Assembly: GCA_025999215.1 (NCBI GenBank)
Contig: AP024679.1
Span: 569,924 to 633,923 of the forward strand
Reading direction: 5' to 3'
DNA from: Candidatus Dojkabacteria bacterium
Lineage (GTDB): Bacteria > Patescibacteriota > Dojkabacteria > J137
DNA length: 64,000 nucleotides
Positions 29,145-37,910 of the stretch are shown piece by piece; the stretch's first letter is position 1; each line of letters opens with the position of its first letter. The notes below the pieces were generated by a model that saw only the letters and a program-made list of their open reading frames with translations, ran no database searches and was not told the origin of the DNA. The position numbers and the translations under genes are program-made.

Positions 29145-31637
29145 TTATTTTTCGACACTATACTTTTTATATCCAACGGCCCCTGCTCCCAAAAATGCTA
29201 GTAACAATGCTGGGATTAATAGGTAAAGATAATTGAATCCGTTGTTATCTTTTGCTCTTAAAACTCTAAAGTTTACTTCTTTGTAATCTTTTTCATCAAG
29301 GTTTACTTCAACTTTACTTGATTCAACACTCAAATCTTCTTCCAAATCTTCAACTCTAATTTCAATTTCATATTTACCTGCACACAAAGTATCTAGTGAC
29401 CATTCACCATTAGAGTCTGTAGTCTTGATGGTTTTTAAAGTTCTTTTATTATCACTTACAGAATAAACACTTATTCTAACTCTGTTAATACCTTCGCCCT
29501 CATCATATAAGCTATTTTCATTTTCATCAACATAAACATAACCTTTGATTGTAGACATTTCATCTTCAGAACATGTTTCAACACCTAAAACTTCTGCAGT
29601 TTCTTGTTGTTCCTCATTCTCTATTGATTCTCCAAGCACTTCGCCATCATTTGTATCAGTATCTGTTGGTGTAGGTGTTGTTGGTGTTATTGGTGTTGGT
29701 GATCCTTGAGTTGTTGGTTGAGGATTAACCGTTACTGTTACACTATCACTTGCAGTATCACCATTTACATCTGTTACCGTAACAGTACATGTATAAGTAC
29801 CTGGAACAGAAGGTAGTGTTACTTGCGGTGTAGTTCCTGAACAATTTCCAAACCAGTTATAAGTTAAAGTACCATCTCCTCCAGTAGCATTTGCAGTTAA
29901 TGAAACTATTGTACCGCTTTCAACATTGGTTGAAGGGCTAGTGTTAATAGCAACCGATGGAACGTTATTGTACACCTCTATCTCAACATAATCATTATCA
30001 ATTAGATATGTATTTAATCCCCATTCATTTAATCTACCATAATTATACTCAGCTTGAACCATACATTCGTATGATGTATCAATGTTACTTACTTGAAAAT
30101 TTGTAACATTATAATCAATTTCTTCACAATCTAATGCCCAATCTATAAAAGTTAAATCATAAAGCGCATTTGATGTTAAATTGAAATTTACTGTATTCAA
30201 ACCTGAAAGGACAGATGTCCCTGGTGTTACCAAAAGGTCTAATTCAAGATTAATAAAAAAGTTCACTGAATTAAACGAACTATTTCCATCATCATCGTAT
30301 GCTGTAATTGTAACCATGTAATAACCAGCATTGTAACTAGATGAATCAAGATCAAATACTACCTCATTATTATAATCTAAAACTGAAACTGATTCTCGAC
30401 TCCATTCAGGTTTATCTGCTGGTGTTAGTGGAACAAAAAATGTTTCTGTACCGATCTCTACAAAGTCAAACATAGCAAGGTATGCATCATATGTCGTTAC
30501 ATCACCACTAAATCTAGCAGAAACTCTAATGTTATCATTCAATACTTCGTTCATAGTTGGAGTTATTATTTCAATTGTTGGCGCAGTTTCATCAACAACC
30601 TCAAAATTTACACTATCATAACTTTCTCTTCCTTCATGATCAAAAGCATATACAATTACTGTGTATTGTCCAACAGGAAAGGTCTCAGTATTTAAGTTAA
30701 AAATCTCAACATTGGATTTTTGGGAACCAAGGGTAACCATTCCTGAATCCCATTCTGGAAAACGAGGATCTACAAAGAATGCATAACCGTATCCAGGAAT
30801 ATCTGTATAGTAACCGATGTAAGCTTGGTACCTTTCTGTATTGTCTGAGAAATTTGTTTTAACACTTAGTGTACCATCTATTATAGTTCCACTCGTTGGT
30901 TCAACTATATCAACAGTAGGAAGCTCATAAGTATTTAAAACTAAAGTATCTGTTCCGCTAAGTGGAGCAACACCCAAATCTGTAAGTTTTCCGTATGTAT
31001 AAGTTAAGTTTAGCGTACAAGTGTAAGTTTCTAATGCAATATTATTGAGAGTAAAGTTTTTTGTAAGTTGACCTGCGCAATCATCTAACCATGTAAAACC
31101 AACTTCATCTTGATATTTTGCATTGGTGTCAAATGAAATATTGATTACATTGTTTCCTCTTTCATAAGGTCCTTCTGGGTCAACTGCTATCTCAAACTCA
31201 AGTGTTCTATAAAAATTTACAGAAGTTGTAACTTCATTCCCTAAGGAGTCTTTTGCTATAATTACTACCATGTAGTATCCTGCGTACATGTTGTCAGTAA
31301 ATAAATTAAAAATTTCAACGTTTGTTTTATCTGTAAGTACTACATTTTCTTTTGACCATTCAGGTTTATCATCAGGAGTTACCGGTGCAAAAAATTCTGA
31401 TCCAGCGTACTCAAATGTATCATACATGCCTATATAAGCATCATATGAAACAGCTGAGTCTGAGAAATTTGCTGTAACGTTTAGAGTTCCAGAAACATTT
31501 GAATTATTTGTTGGCGTTACAATTTGAACATCAAGTGTTTCTCCTAATGATTGAGCAACTACCACAGTTGGCTGCAACATCAAATTAAGAAGTAGCAACA
31601 AGCTTACAAAAAGATTTAAAACTCTAAATTTATTCAT
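29145..31637 (-). CDS. Large surface protein with repeated Ig-like modules, PKD-like and SdrD B-like domains and C-terminal anchor
   Basis: Signal peptide from MNKFRV (31637); three TPT..V.ANFS...AYIG...PEW modules; PT-rich linker; IKGYVYVDENEN (SdrD B-like); C-terminal TM. Confidence 0.8.
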   Translation of the reverse strand: MNKFRVLNLFVSLLLLLNLMLQPTVVVAQSLGETLDVQIVTPTNNSNVSGTLNVTANFSDSAVSYDAYIGMYDTFEYAGSEFFAPVTPDDKPEWSKENVVLTDKTNVEIFNLFTDNMYAGYYMVVIIAKDSLGNEVTTSVNFYRTLEFEIAVDPEGPYERGNNVINISFDTNAKYQDEVGFTWLDDCAGQLTKNFTLNNIALETYTCTLNLTYTYGKLTDLGVAPLSGTDTLVLNTYELPTVDIVEPTSGTIIDGTLSVKTNFSDNTERYQAYIGYYTDIPGYGYAFFVDPRFPEWDSGMVTLGSQKSNVEIFNLNTETFPVGQYTVIVYAFDHEGRESYDSVNFEVVDETAPTIEIITPTMNEVLNDNIRVSARFSGDVTTYDAYLAMFDFVEIGTETFFVPLTPADKPEWSRESVSVLDYNNEVVFDLDSSSYNAGYYMVTITAYDDDGNSSFNSVNFFINLELDLLVTPGTSVLSGLNTVNFNLTSNALYDLTFIDWALDCEEIDYNVTNFQVSNIDTSYECMVQAEYNYGRLNEWGLNTYLIDNDYVEIEVYNNVPSVAINTSPSTNVESGTIVSLTANATGGDGTLTYNWFGNCSGTTPQVTLPSVPGTYTCTVTVTDVNGDTASDSVTVTVNPQPTTQGSPTPITPTTPTPTDTDTNDGEVLGESIENEEQQETAEVLGVETCSEDEMSTIKGYVYVDENENSLYDEGEGINRVRISVYSVSDNKRTLKTIKTTDSNGEWSLDTLCAGKYEIEIRVEDLEEDLSVESSKVEVNLDEKDYKEVNFRVLRAKDNNGFNYLYLLIPALLLAFLGAGAVGYKKYSVEK

Positions 31638-31706
31638 ATAATCAAAATAAAAAATAACAAGTCTTAATATTTTACCATATTTAAAATATTTTTTCAATAG
31701 TTTTTA

Positions 31707-32249
31707 TTATTTTTTAGTAACAGAAGAAGCTCTTGACCTTGAGTTTGAAAATAAAAGAGATTTTTTATGATCTTCAATATTAATAAAATCATCAGCAATT
31801 TCGATTAAATTTTTGCTTGTTGTTTTTTTAAATGCTATAACTTCAACTAAACATCCTAAAGCTTGTTGCAAGTAATTAACTACAGGCACATAATCTCCAT
31901 CGCCGGAAGCTAAAATTATTGAATCAACTTTATTTCCTAATCTGATGGCATCCATTGCTATTCCCAAATCCCAATCACCCTTTTTTGCACCTCCTAGAAA
32001 AGTTTGTAATTCTTTTTCTTTTACTTCAAAACCTGCTTGGTTGACTGCATCAAAAAATTCTTTTTCTTTTGCATTTTCTTCAGAAGTAATTACGTATGCT
32101 ATGGCTCTTGTGAGTAATCTGTTTTTTACAGATAATTTGAGAAGATTTTTAAAATTAATTCTTGCTGAATACAAATGTTTGGCCGAATAATACAAATTTT
32201 GGACATCAACTAAAACAGCAACTCTTTGATCTTTGTTTCTAACTATCAT
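31707..32249 (-). CDS. NYN-domain (LabA/DUF88) protein
   Basis: VLVDVQNLY, KKGDWDLGIAMD and LASGDGDY. Confidence 0.92.
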   Translation of the reverse strand: MIVRNKDQRVAVLVDVQNLYYSAKHLYSARINFKNLLKLSVKNRLLTRAIAYVITSEENAKEKEFFDAVNQAGFEVKEKELQTFLGGAKKGDWDLGIAMDAIRLGNKVDSIILASGDGDYVPVVNYLQQALGCLVEVIAFKKTTSKNLIEIADDFINIEDHKKSLLFSNSRSRASSVTKK

Positions 32250-32300
32250 AAAGAATAAATAAAAAAATAATGTATAATTTAAATTAATTATATCATTGTT

Positions 32301-33440
32301 ATGACTAAAATTGGCTTTATTTTTAAAAAAGAGAATGTAAATTTGGCTAAATGGGAATTGGAGAGAAATTTAGTAAGTTTTGAAGTTGTATCAGAATCAG
32401 AAAAATTAGTAATTGCAAAAATATCAGAAATTGATTTTGAAAAAATTGTTAATGCACAAACCTTTCCTTTTGGCGCTATTGATAGAATTGTTCAAATTTA
32501 TGAACATGCTAGTTTGAATAAATTTATGGACGATATTGCAAGTAATTTTTTTGTTGATAGCATTGAATTTGCTTGGTTAGTTGACAATGTGGAACTGGAA
32601 ACATGTACTCTATTATCCAAACAAATCCTGAAGCTTGCTAGAAAATATTTTAAGAAAATTGAAACCAACAATATCGCTCGTACACTATCTCTAGGTGATT
32701 TACAAAAAAGTGAAAATATAGTTGAAGTAGTTTTTTTAAAAAGAGAAAATGAAATAATTTTAGGACGAACAATTAAATTTCTCAATCCATTTTATTTTAA
32801 AGAATTAGATGAGACACGACCTGGTCGAATGTTTACTCATGGCACTTCACCCAAGCTTGCTAAAGTATTAGTAAATTTAATTAAAAATAAAACGGGAACA
32901 GTCGTTGATCCATTTTGTGGCACAGGAACTATTCTTTTAGAACTTTTGCGTCAGGGTTATGATGTCATTGGTATTGATAATGACTCTAAAGTATTATCAT
33001 TAGCAAGAAAAAACATTAAAGATTATTTTAAAAATAATAATTTATGTGAAAAAAGAAACTATACATTAATTAATTCAAAATTTGAAAATGTTGAGTTTAA
33101 AGCAACAGCCTCTGTTTTTGAGCCTTACATGGGCCCTTTCTTGAAAAAAATTCCATCTCCAACGGTTGCTAAAGCGATCCTTAAAGAATTAAACTTTTTG
33201 TATCAAAAAACATTTCAAAGTTTACATCAAAATTTGGAAGGTGATGGTGAAATTATTTGCATACTACCTAGCATACCATCAAAACTACAAGTTCATGAAC
33301 TTAACTTTGATTTAATATTTCAAGATAAATTTAAATTATCAAGATCAAAACTAAATTCACAGAATCCCATTGACTATGAGTCAAAAAAAGGAAATAGGAT
33401 CAAGCGTAAAATTTTTATCCTGGAAAAAATTAATTTTTAA
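32301..33440 (+). CDS. Trm11-like RNA methyltransferase
   Basis: DETRP, TSPKLAKVLVNL, VVDPFCGTGTILLE and EPYMGP. Confidence 0.75.
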   Translation: MTKIGFIFKKENVNLAKWELERNLVSFEVVSESEKLVIAKISEIDFEKIVNAQTFPFGAIDRIVQIYEHASLNKFMDDIASNFFVDSIEFAWLVDNVELETCTLLSKQILKLARKYFKKIETNNIARTLSLGDLQKSENIVEVVFLKRENEIILGRTIKFLNPFYFKELDETRPGRMFTHGTSPKLAKVLVNLIKNKTGTVVDPFCGTGTILLELLRQGYDVIGIDNDSKVLSLARKNIKDYFKNNNLCEKRNYTLINSKFENVEFKATASVFEPYMGPFLKKIPSPTVAKAILKELNFLYQKTFQSLHQNLEGDGEIICILPSIPSKLQVHELNFDLIFQDKFKLSRSKLNSQNPIDYESKKGNRIKRKIFILEKINF

Positions 33441-33772
33441 GGAAGCTCACATAACATCTCACATACAGTTGTGCAGATTTCGCCACCTTTAAGTTCACAT
33501 GTTGATCCACATTCAACAAATTGCCCATTTCTCTCTGAACAATCTTTTTTGTATAAATCTAAATTTTCCATGTTAGGGCCATATGCTACATAGCTTTTTC
33601 CATCAATTGAAGTAAAAATTTCGGAATCTATAACTTCAGAATTTGAATTTTTTGATAATTCATCATCATTATTTAATGAGTAGTTATTTATGAACCAAAG
33701 TAAACCTAAAGCAAAAACAAAGAACAAAGCAAAAATAACCACAGTAACTAAAACTTTATTGTAACTTTTCAT
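33437..33772 (-). CDS. Small membrane-anchored Cys-rich protein
   Basis: N-terminal TM; C-terminal 6-Cys motif DCSERNG...CGSTC...CTTVCEMLC. Confidence 0.7.
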   Translation of the reverse strand: MKSYNKVLVTVVIFALFFVFALGLLWFINNYSLNNDDELSKNSNSEVIDSEIFTSIDGKSYVAYGPNMENLDLYKKDCSERNGQFVECGSTCELKGGEICTTVCEMLCELP

Positions 33773-33811
33773 AAAATTTTATGATTTAAAATTTAAAAAA
33801 TAATAAATTCA

Positions 33812-33883
33812 TGAGTTGGGCGGGATTCGAACCCGCAACCAATCGCTTAAGAGGCGACTGCTCTACCATTGAGCTACCAACCC
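33812..33883 (-). tRNA. tRNA-Lys(CTT)
   Basis: Reverse complement gggttggtagctcaatggtagagc...tcgc-ctCTTaa-gcga...ccaactca; no CCA. Confidence 0.96.
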
Positions 33884-33911
33884 ATTATATTAGTTATTCT
33901 AGCAAAAACTA

Positions 33912-35948
33912 TTACGTTCTTAAAGTAGCCGAAAATTTATCTGACAATCTTTTGATAATTTTCGATGTTATTTCTTCCACCTCTTCATCGGTAAGAGTTT
34001 TGTTAGGATCTTGAAAAAATACTCTAAGCGTTACACTTTTATAACCTTTTTCAATACCTTTACCTGTGTAAATATCGATAAGTTCTACATTCGTAATTAG
34101 CTTTGATACATTTACAACTTCATTTTTCAAATCGTTCCAAAGTAAGTTTTCTTTTACAATGAACGAATAATCTCTTATTGCTGGAGGGAATTTTGAAATG
34201 GGTTTGAATGATTTTGTAATTTCTTTTAAAATATTTACTAGTTTTAAAAAATTAATTTCAAGTATACACACGTATTTTTTCAAACCTAACTCTTTCATCA
34301 CTATATCTGATACAATTCCGATTTTTCCAATTAGTTCATTGTTAATCCAAATATCAGCTGATGCATTTTTTTCAAATGGCAAGTGATCATTTAATTTTAA
34401 AATCAAATCATCTAAATTTACATCAAACTTATTCAACAAATACTCTAAATAACCTTTAACTTCTAAAAAAATTTCTTGGGGATTTCTTCCGTTTGTAGCA
34501 ATTGACAACATTGGGAATTCATCTGGCAAATCATTTTCTTTGGGATGATAAACCATGTTTAATTCAAACAGATTAAGTTTCTCAACATAATCTTCATTAT
34601 TTTTGAATGTAAAAACCATTGTTGAAATAAGCTCTCTTCTCATGTATTTGTATTCAACACTTAGTGGATTTATTATTTCCAAAACTTCGCTAGGTTCAAT
34701 GCCCATTATTTCTAAAGCTTTATCACCCACCATTGAGACAGAAAATTGCTCAGTCAAGCCACAACCAACTAAAACATCTCTAACGCTATTTTCCCATTCA
34801 ATTATTTCATCATCTTCAACATTAGGAATTTCACCATCAAGATTTTTACTTGGAATGTTTTGGTAGCCATAAATTCGTGCTATTTCTTCAACTAAATCAT
34901 AGTCATGCCAAATATCGTTTCGGAAAAAAGGAACTGTTACTTCCAAAATTTTATTATCATTAATTAAGCATTCAAAACCTAGTTTTTCTAGAATTTCTTT
35001 TGATTCTTGAGTGGTGATATTAACACCAAGTAATCGTTCATTCAAATTTGGATTAAAATTAATTTTACGTAGTGTTGTATCAATTGTAGTTACATCAATT
35101 AAGTTTGATGCAATTTGAGAATTAGTATTTTGTGTAATTAATTCAGCTACTCTTAAAGATGCAACTTTCGCGCTTATAGGGCTTAAACCTTTTTCAAAAT
35201 AACTTGCGGCATCGGTATGCAAATCAAGTCTTCTTGCTGTTTTTCTAATTGAATATGGTTCAAAGCTTGCAGCTTCAATCACTACTATTTTTGTGTTTGC
35301 ATCAACTGCTGTATTAATACCTCCTTTGACACCTGCTATGGCAATTGGTTTTTCTCTATCAGCAATCACCAAGTCGTTTTCATTTAACTCTTTAACATCA
35401 CCATCAAGAGTTGTAATTTTTTCTCCATTTTTGGCATTTCTAACAATTATTTGTGATCCTGCTATTTTTTCATAATCAAAAACATGTGTCGGGTAACCAA
35501 GTTCAATTAGTACATAATTAGATATATCAACTAGTAGATTAATTGAATTATGACCAAGAGCTTCTAATCTTTTACTTAACCAAGTTGGTGATTTTGTAAC
35601 TTCTACATTATCTATAATAATCGCGCAGTATCTATAACATTTTTCAGTATTTTCTATGTTTATGCTTAGTTCATATTTTTGATTGTTTGGAAAATTTAAG
35701 TTTGGTTCAGAAAATAAAAATTTATCACCAGTTATTGCGCTTGCTTCTCTTGCAATTCCAACAACTGACGCCATATCAATTCTGTTTGGAGTTATTTCTA
35801 TTTCAAAAACATCATCATTTAATAATTCATTTTTTGTAATTTTTTCAACTTGTGGACCATGCAATGGTAAAAGTTTTGCCAACTCTTCAGCTGTTCTTTC
35901 AGTTTTTAAAAATTCTTTTAACCACGAAAATGGAATGTTTACATTCAT
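33912..35948 (-). CDS. pheT: Phenylalanyl-tRNA synthetase beta subunit (short form)
   Basis: IPFSWLKEF, EITPNRID, NLLVDISNY, DLVEEIARIYGY; C-terminal FDX-ACB domain (SKFPPAIRD). Confidence 0.96.
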   Translation of the reverse strand: MNVNIPFSWLKEFLKTERTAEELAKLLPLHGPQVEKITKNELLNDDVFEIEITPNRIDMASVVGIAREASAITGDKFLFSEPNLNFPNNQKYELSINIENTEKCYRYCAIIIDNVEVTKSPTWLSKRLEALGHNSINLLVDISNYVLIELGYPTHVFDYEKIAGSQIIVRNAKNGEKITTLDGDVKELNENDLVIADREKPIAIAGVKGGINTAVDANTKIVVIEAASFEPYSIRKTARRLDLHTDAASYFEKGLSPISAKVASLRVAELITQNTNSQIASNLIDVTTIDTTLRKINFNPNLNERLLGVNITTQESKEILEKLGFECLINDNKILEVTVPFFRNDIWHDYDLVEEIARIYGYQNIPSKNLDGEIPNVEDDEIIEWENSVRDVLVGCGLTEQFSVSMVGDKALEIMGIEPSEVLEIINPLSVEYKYMRRELISTMVFTFKNNEDYVEKLNLFELNMVYHPKENDLPDEFPMLSIATNGRNPQEIFLEVKGYLEYLLNKFDVNLDDLILKLNDHLPFEKNASADIWINNELIGKIGIVSDIVMKELGLKKYVCILEINFLKLVNILKEITKSFKPISKFPPAIRDYSFIVKENLLWNDLKNEVVNVSKLITNVELIDIYTGKGIEKGYKSVTLRVFFQDPNKTLTDEEVEEITSKIIKRLSDKFSATLRT

Positions 35949-35965
35949 TTCAAAAAATCTAAATT

Positions 35966-36982
35966 TTAAAATTGTTCTAAAAATCGAATATCTGTTTGAT
36001 ATAAAATTCTTATATCTTCTAAATTAATTCCTCCAATTGATAATTTATTCCTTTCGATTCCCCAACCAAACGCATATCCTGAATATTCGTTTGGGTCTAT
36101 TCCGCCTGCCCTCAAAACATTAGGATGCACCATCCCAGCTCCTCCAATTTCAAGCCATCCATCTTTTGCCATTTTGTTTTCTTTACCTAACCACACATCT
36201 ACTTCAAAACTCGGTTCAGTAAATGGAAAGTGATAAGGCCTAATTCTATACTTTGTGTCTGGTCCAATAAATTTTTTAACAAAAAAATCAAGAATTCCTT
36301 TTAAATGACCAATATTAATGTTTTTATCAATTACTAAACCTTCGAACTGATAAAAATTCATAAGGTGTCGAACAGACATTTGACGTCTATAAACCCTTGA
36401 AATGTTTATCATTCTGATTGGTGGTTTTCTTTTTTCCATTTCTCTCACCTGACCTGATGATGTGTGTGGCGTCAAAATTCTAGCACCATATTTTGAATTA
36501 ATTGGTTTACTGTCAATGAAAAATGTTTCCCACTCATCCCTCGCAGGGTGATCTTCAGGAAAATTAAGCGCTGTAAAAGCGTAATAATCCCATTCTACTT
36601 CAGGATATCTAACTTGATAAAAGCCTAGTTTTTTAAAAATATCTGCAACCTCTCTTATAGTTTGAGTAGTTATATGCATATGTCCTACTGGAACTTTCTT
36701 GCCAGGCAGCGTAACATCGAGATTATAATTTTTTGGTTGATTATTTTCACTTTCAAGTTTTTCGAGAAGTTTTTCAATTTTATTTTTAAATTCATTAGCT
36801 ATTTTACCCGCTTCTTTTCGCTCACTTATGGGAAGAGTCCCAATTAATCTTAACATTGATACAAATTCTGATTTTCTTCCTAAATATTTTATTTTTAACT
36901 CATCAACACTCAAAACTTCTTTGTCTTTTTTAAATGTTGAAAATATGTTTGATAATTTTTGCTTAAATTCTTCTAAATTCAT
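35966..36982 (-). CDS. pheS: Phenylalanyl-tRNA synthetase alpha subunit
   Basis: ALNFPEDHPARD, FPFTEPS, GAGMVHPNVL and GYAFGWGIER. Confidence 0.97.
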   Translation of the reverse strand: MNLEEFKQKLSNIFSTFKKDKEVLSVDELKIKYLGRKSEFVSMLRLIGTLPISERKEAGKIANEFKNKIEKLLEKLESENNQPKNYNLDVTLPGKKVPVGHMHITTQTIREVADIFKKLGFYQVRYPEVEWDYYAFTALNFPEDHPARDEWETFFIDSKPINSKYGARILTPHTSSGQVREMEKRKPPIRMINISRVYRRQMSVRHLMNFYQFEGLVIDKNINIGHLKGILDFFVKKFIGPDTKYRIRPYHFPFTEPSFEVDVWLGKENKMAKDGWLEIGGAGMVHPNVLRAGGIDPNEYSGYAFGWGIERNKLSIGGINLEDIRILYQTDIRFLEQF

Positions 36983-37028
36983 TTTTGGGTTTTAAAATTT
37001 TTAGAACAAAATAATTATATTAAATTTG

Positions 37029-37832
37029 TTAGTGATTTTCTAGTTTTATTTCATCATTTAAATCTTCATGCTCACTATGAGGAGCAAAAGCCGTAACTGA
37101 AAAAATTAAAATTAGTCCTATCAAAGTAAAAATAAAGTTCAAAATTGCTTTTTTTAATTTTTTTTCCATTTTAATTTCAGGAACTAGATCAGCTAACGCA
37201 ATGTACATGAAGCTACCTGCGGTAAAAGCTAGCAACAATCCCAATAAATTTTCCGATATGTCAATTAGTAAAATAGAAAACACAACACCAAAAAGTGATA
37301 AAAGAGCTGTTAAAAAATTGTAAATTATTGCTTTCATTCTAGAAAACCCAGAATAAATTAAAACACCGAAATCAGAAATTTCTTGAGGAATTTCATGCAA
37401 AATTATTGCAATAAGAGCAATAATTCCTATTTCTGTACTAGCTAAAAAGGATGAACCTATCAATAATCCATCAATAAAATTGTGCAATCCATCTGCTAGT
37501 AAATTATTAATACCAAGAGTTTTTTTATGATTATGTTCAAAATTATTATGACAGTGATGCCAGAGTAATATTTTTTCAAGCAACAAAAAAGAAACTAAGG
37601 CAAAAATTATTGCAAACCATACCAAATTAATTTCATAAAATACTGAACTATTCAAATGTAGTGCTTCTGGAAGCAAATGAAAAAATGCGCTGCCTAGCAA
37701 AACACCTGCTGCTGTTGAAACTAAAAAGTTAGTTATATTGTCTAAAATTTTTTTATTGACCGAAAAGAAAACAACTCCCGAAAACGATAGTAAACTAACA
37801 ATAATAGAACCTAATATACCATTTAAATCCAT
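37029..37832 (-). CDS. ZIP family metal transporter
   Basis: HLLPEA, His-rich loop, DGLHNFIDG and HEIPQEISDFG. Confidence 0.93.
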   Translation of the reverse strand: MDLNGILGSIIVSLLSFSGVVFFSVNKKILDNITNFLVSTAAGVLLGSAFFHLLPEALHLNSSVFYEINLVWFAIIFALVSFLLLEKILLWHHCHNNFEHNHKKTLGINNLLADGLHNFIDGLLIGSSFLASTEIGIIALIAIILHEIPQEISDFGVLIYSGFSRMKAIIYNFLTALLSLFGVVFSILLIDISENLLGLLLAFTAGSFMYIALADLVPEIKMEKKLKKAILNFIFTLIGLILIFSVTAFAPHSEHEDLNDEIKLENH

Positions 37833-37910
37833 AATTTTTTAATTAAAACTTGTTGATTTTAGCAAAAATTTTTGTAAAACTGTAGTAGTTTAAGAGGTTA
37901 AAAAATAGAT

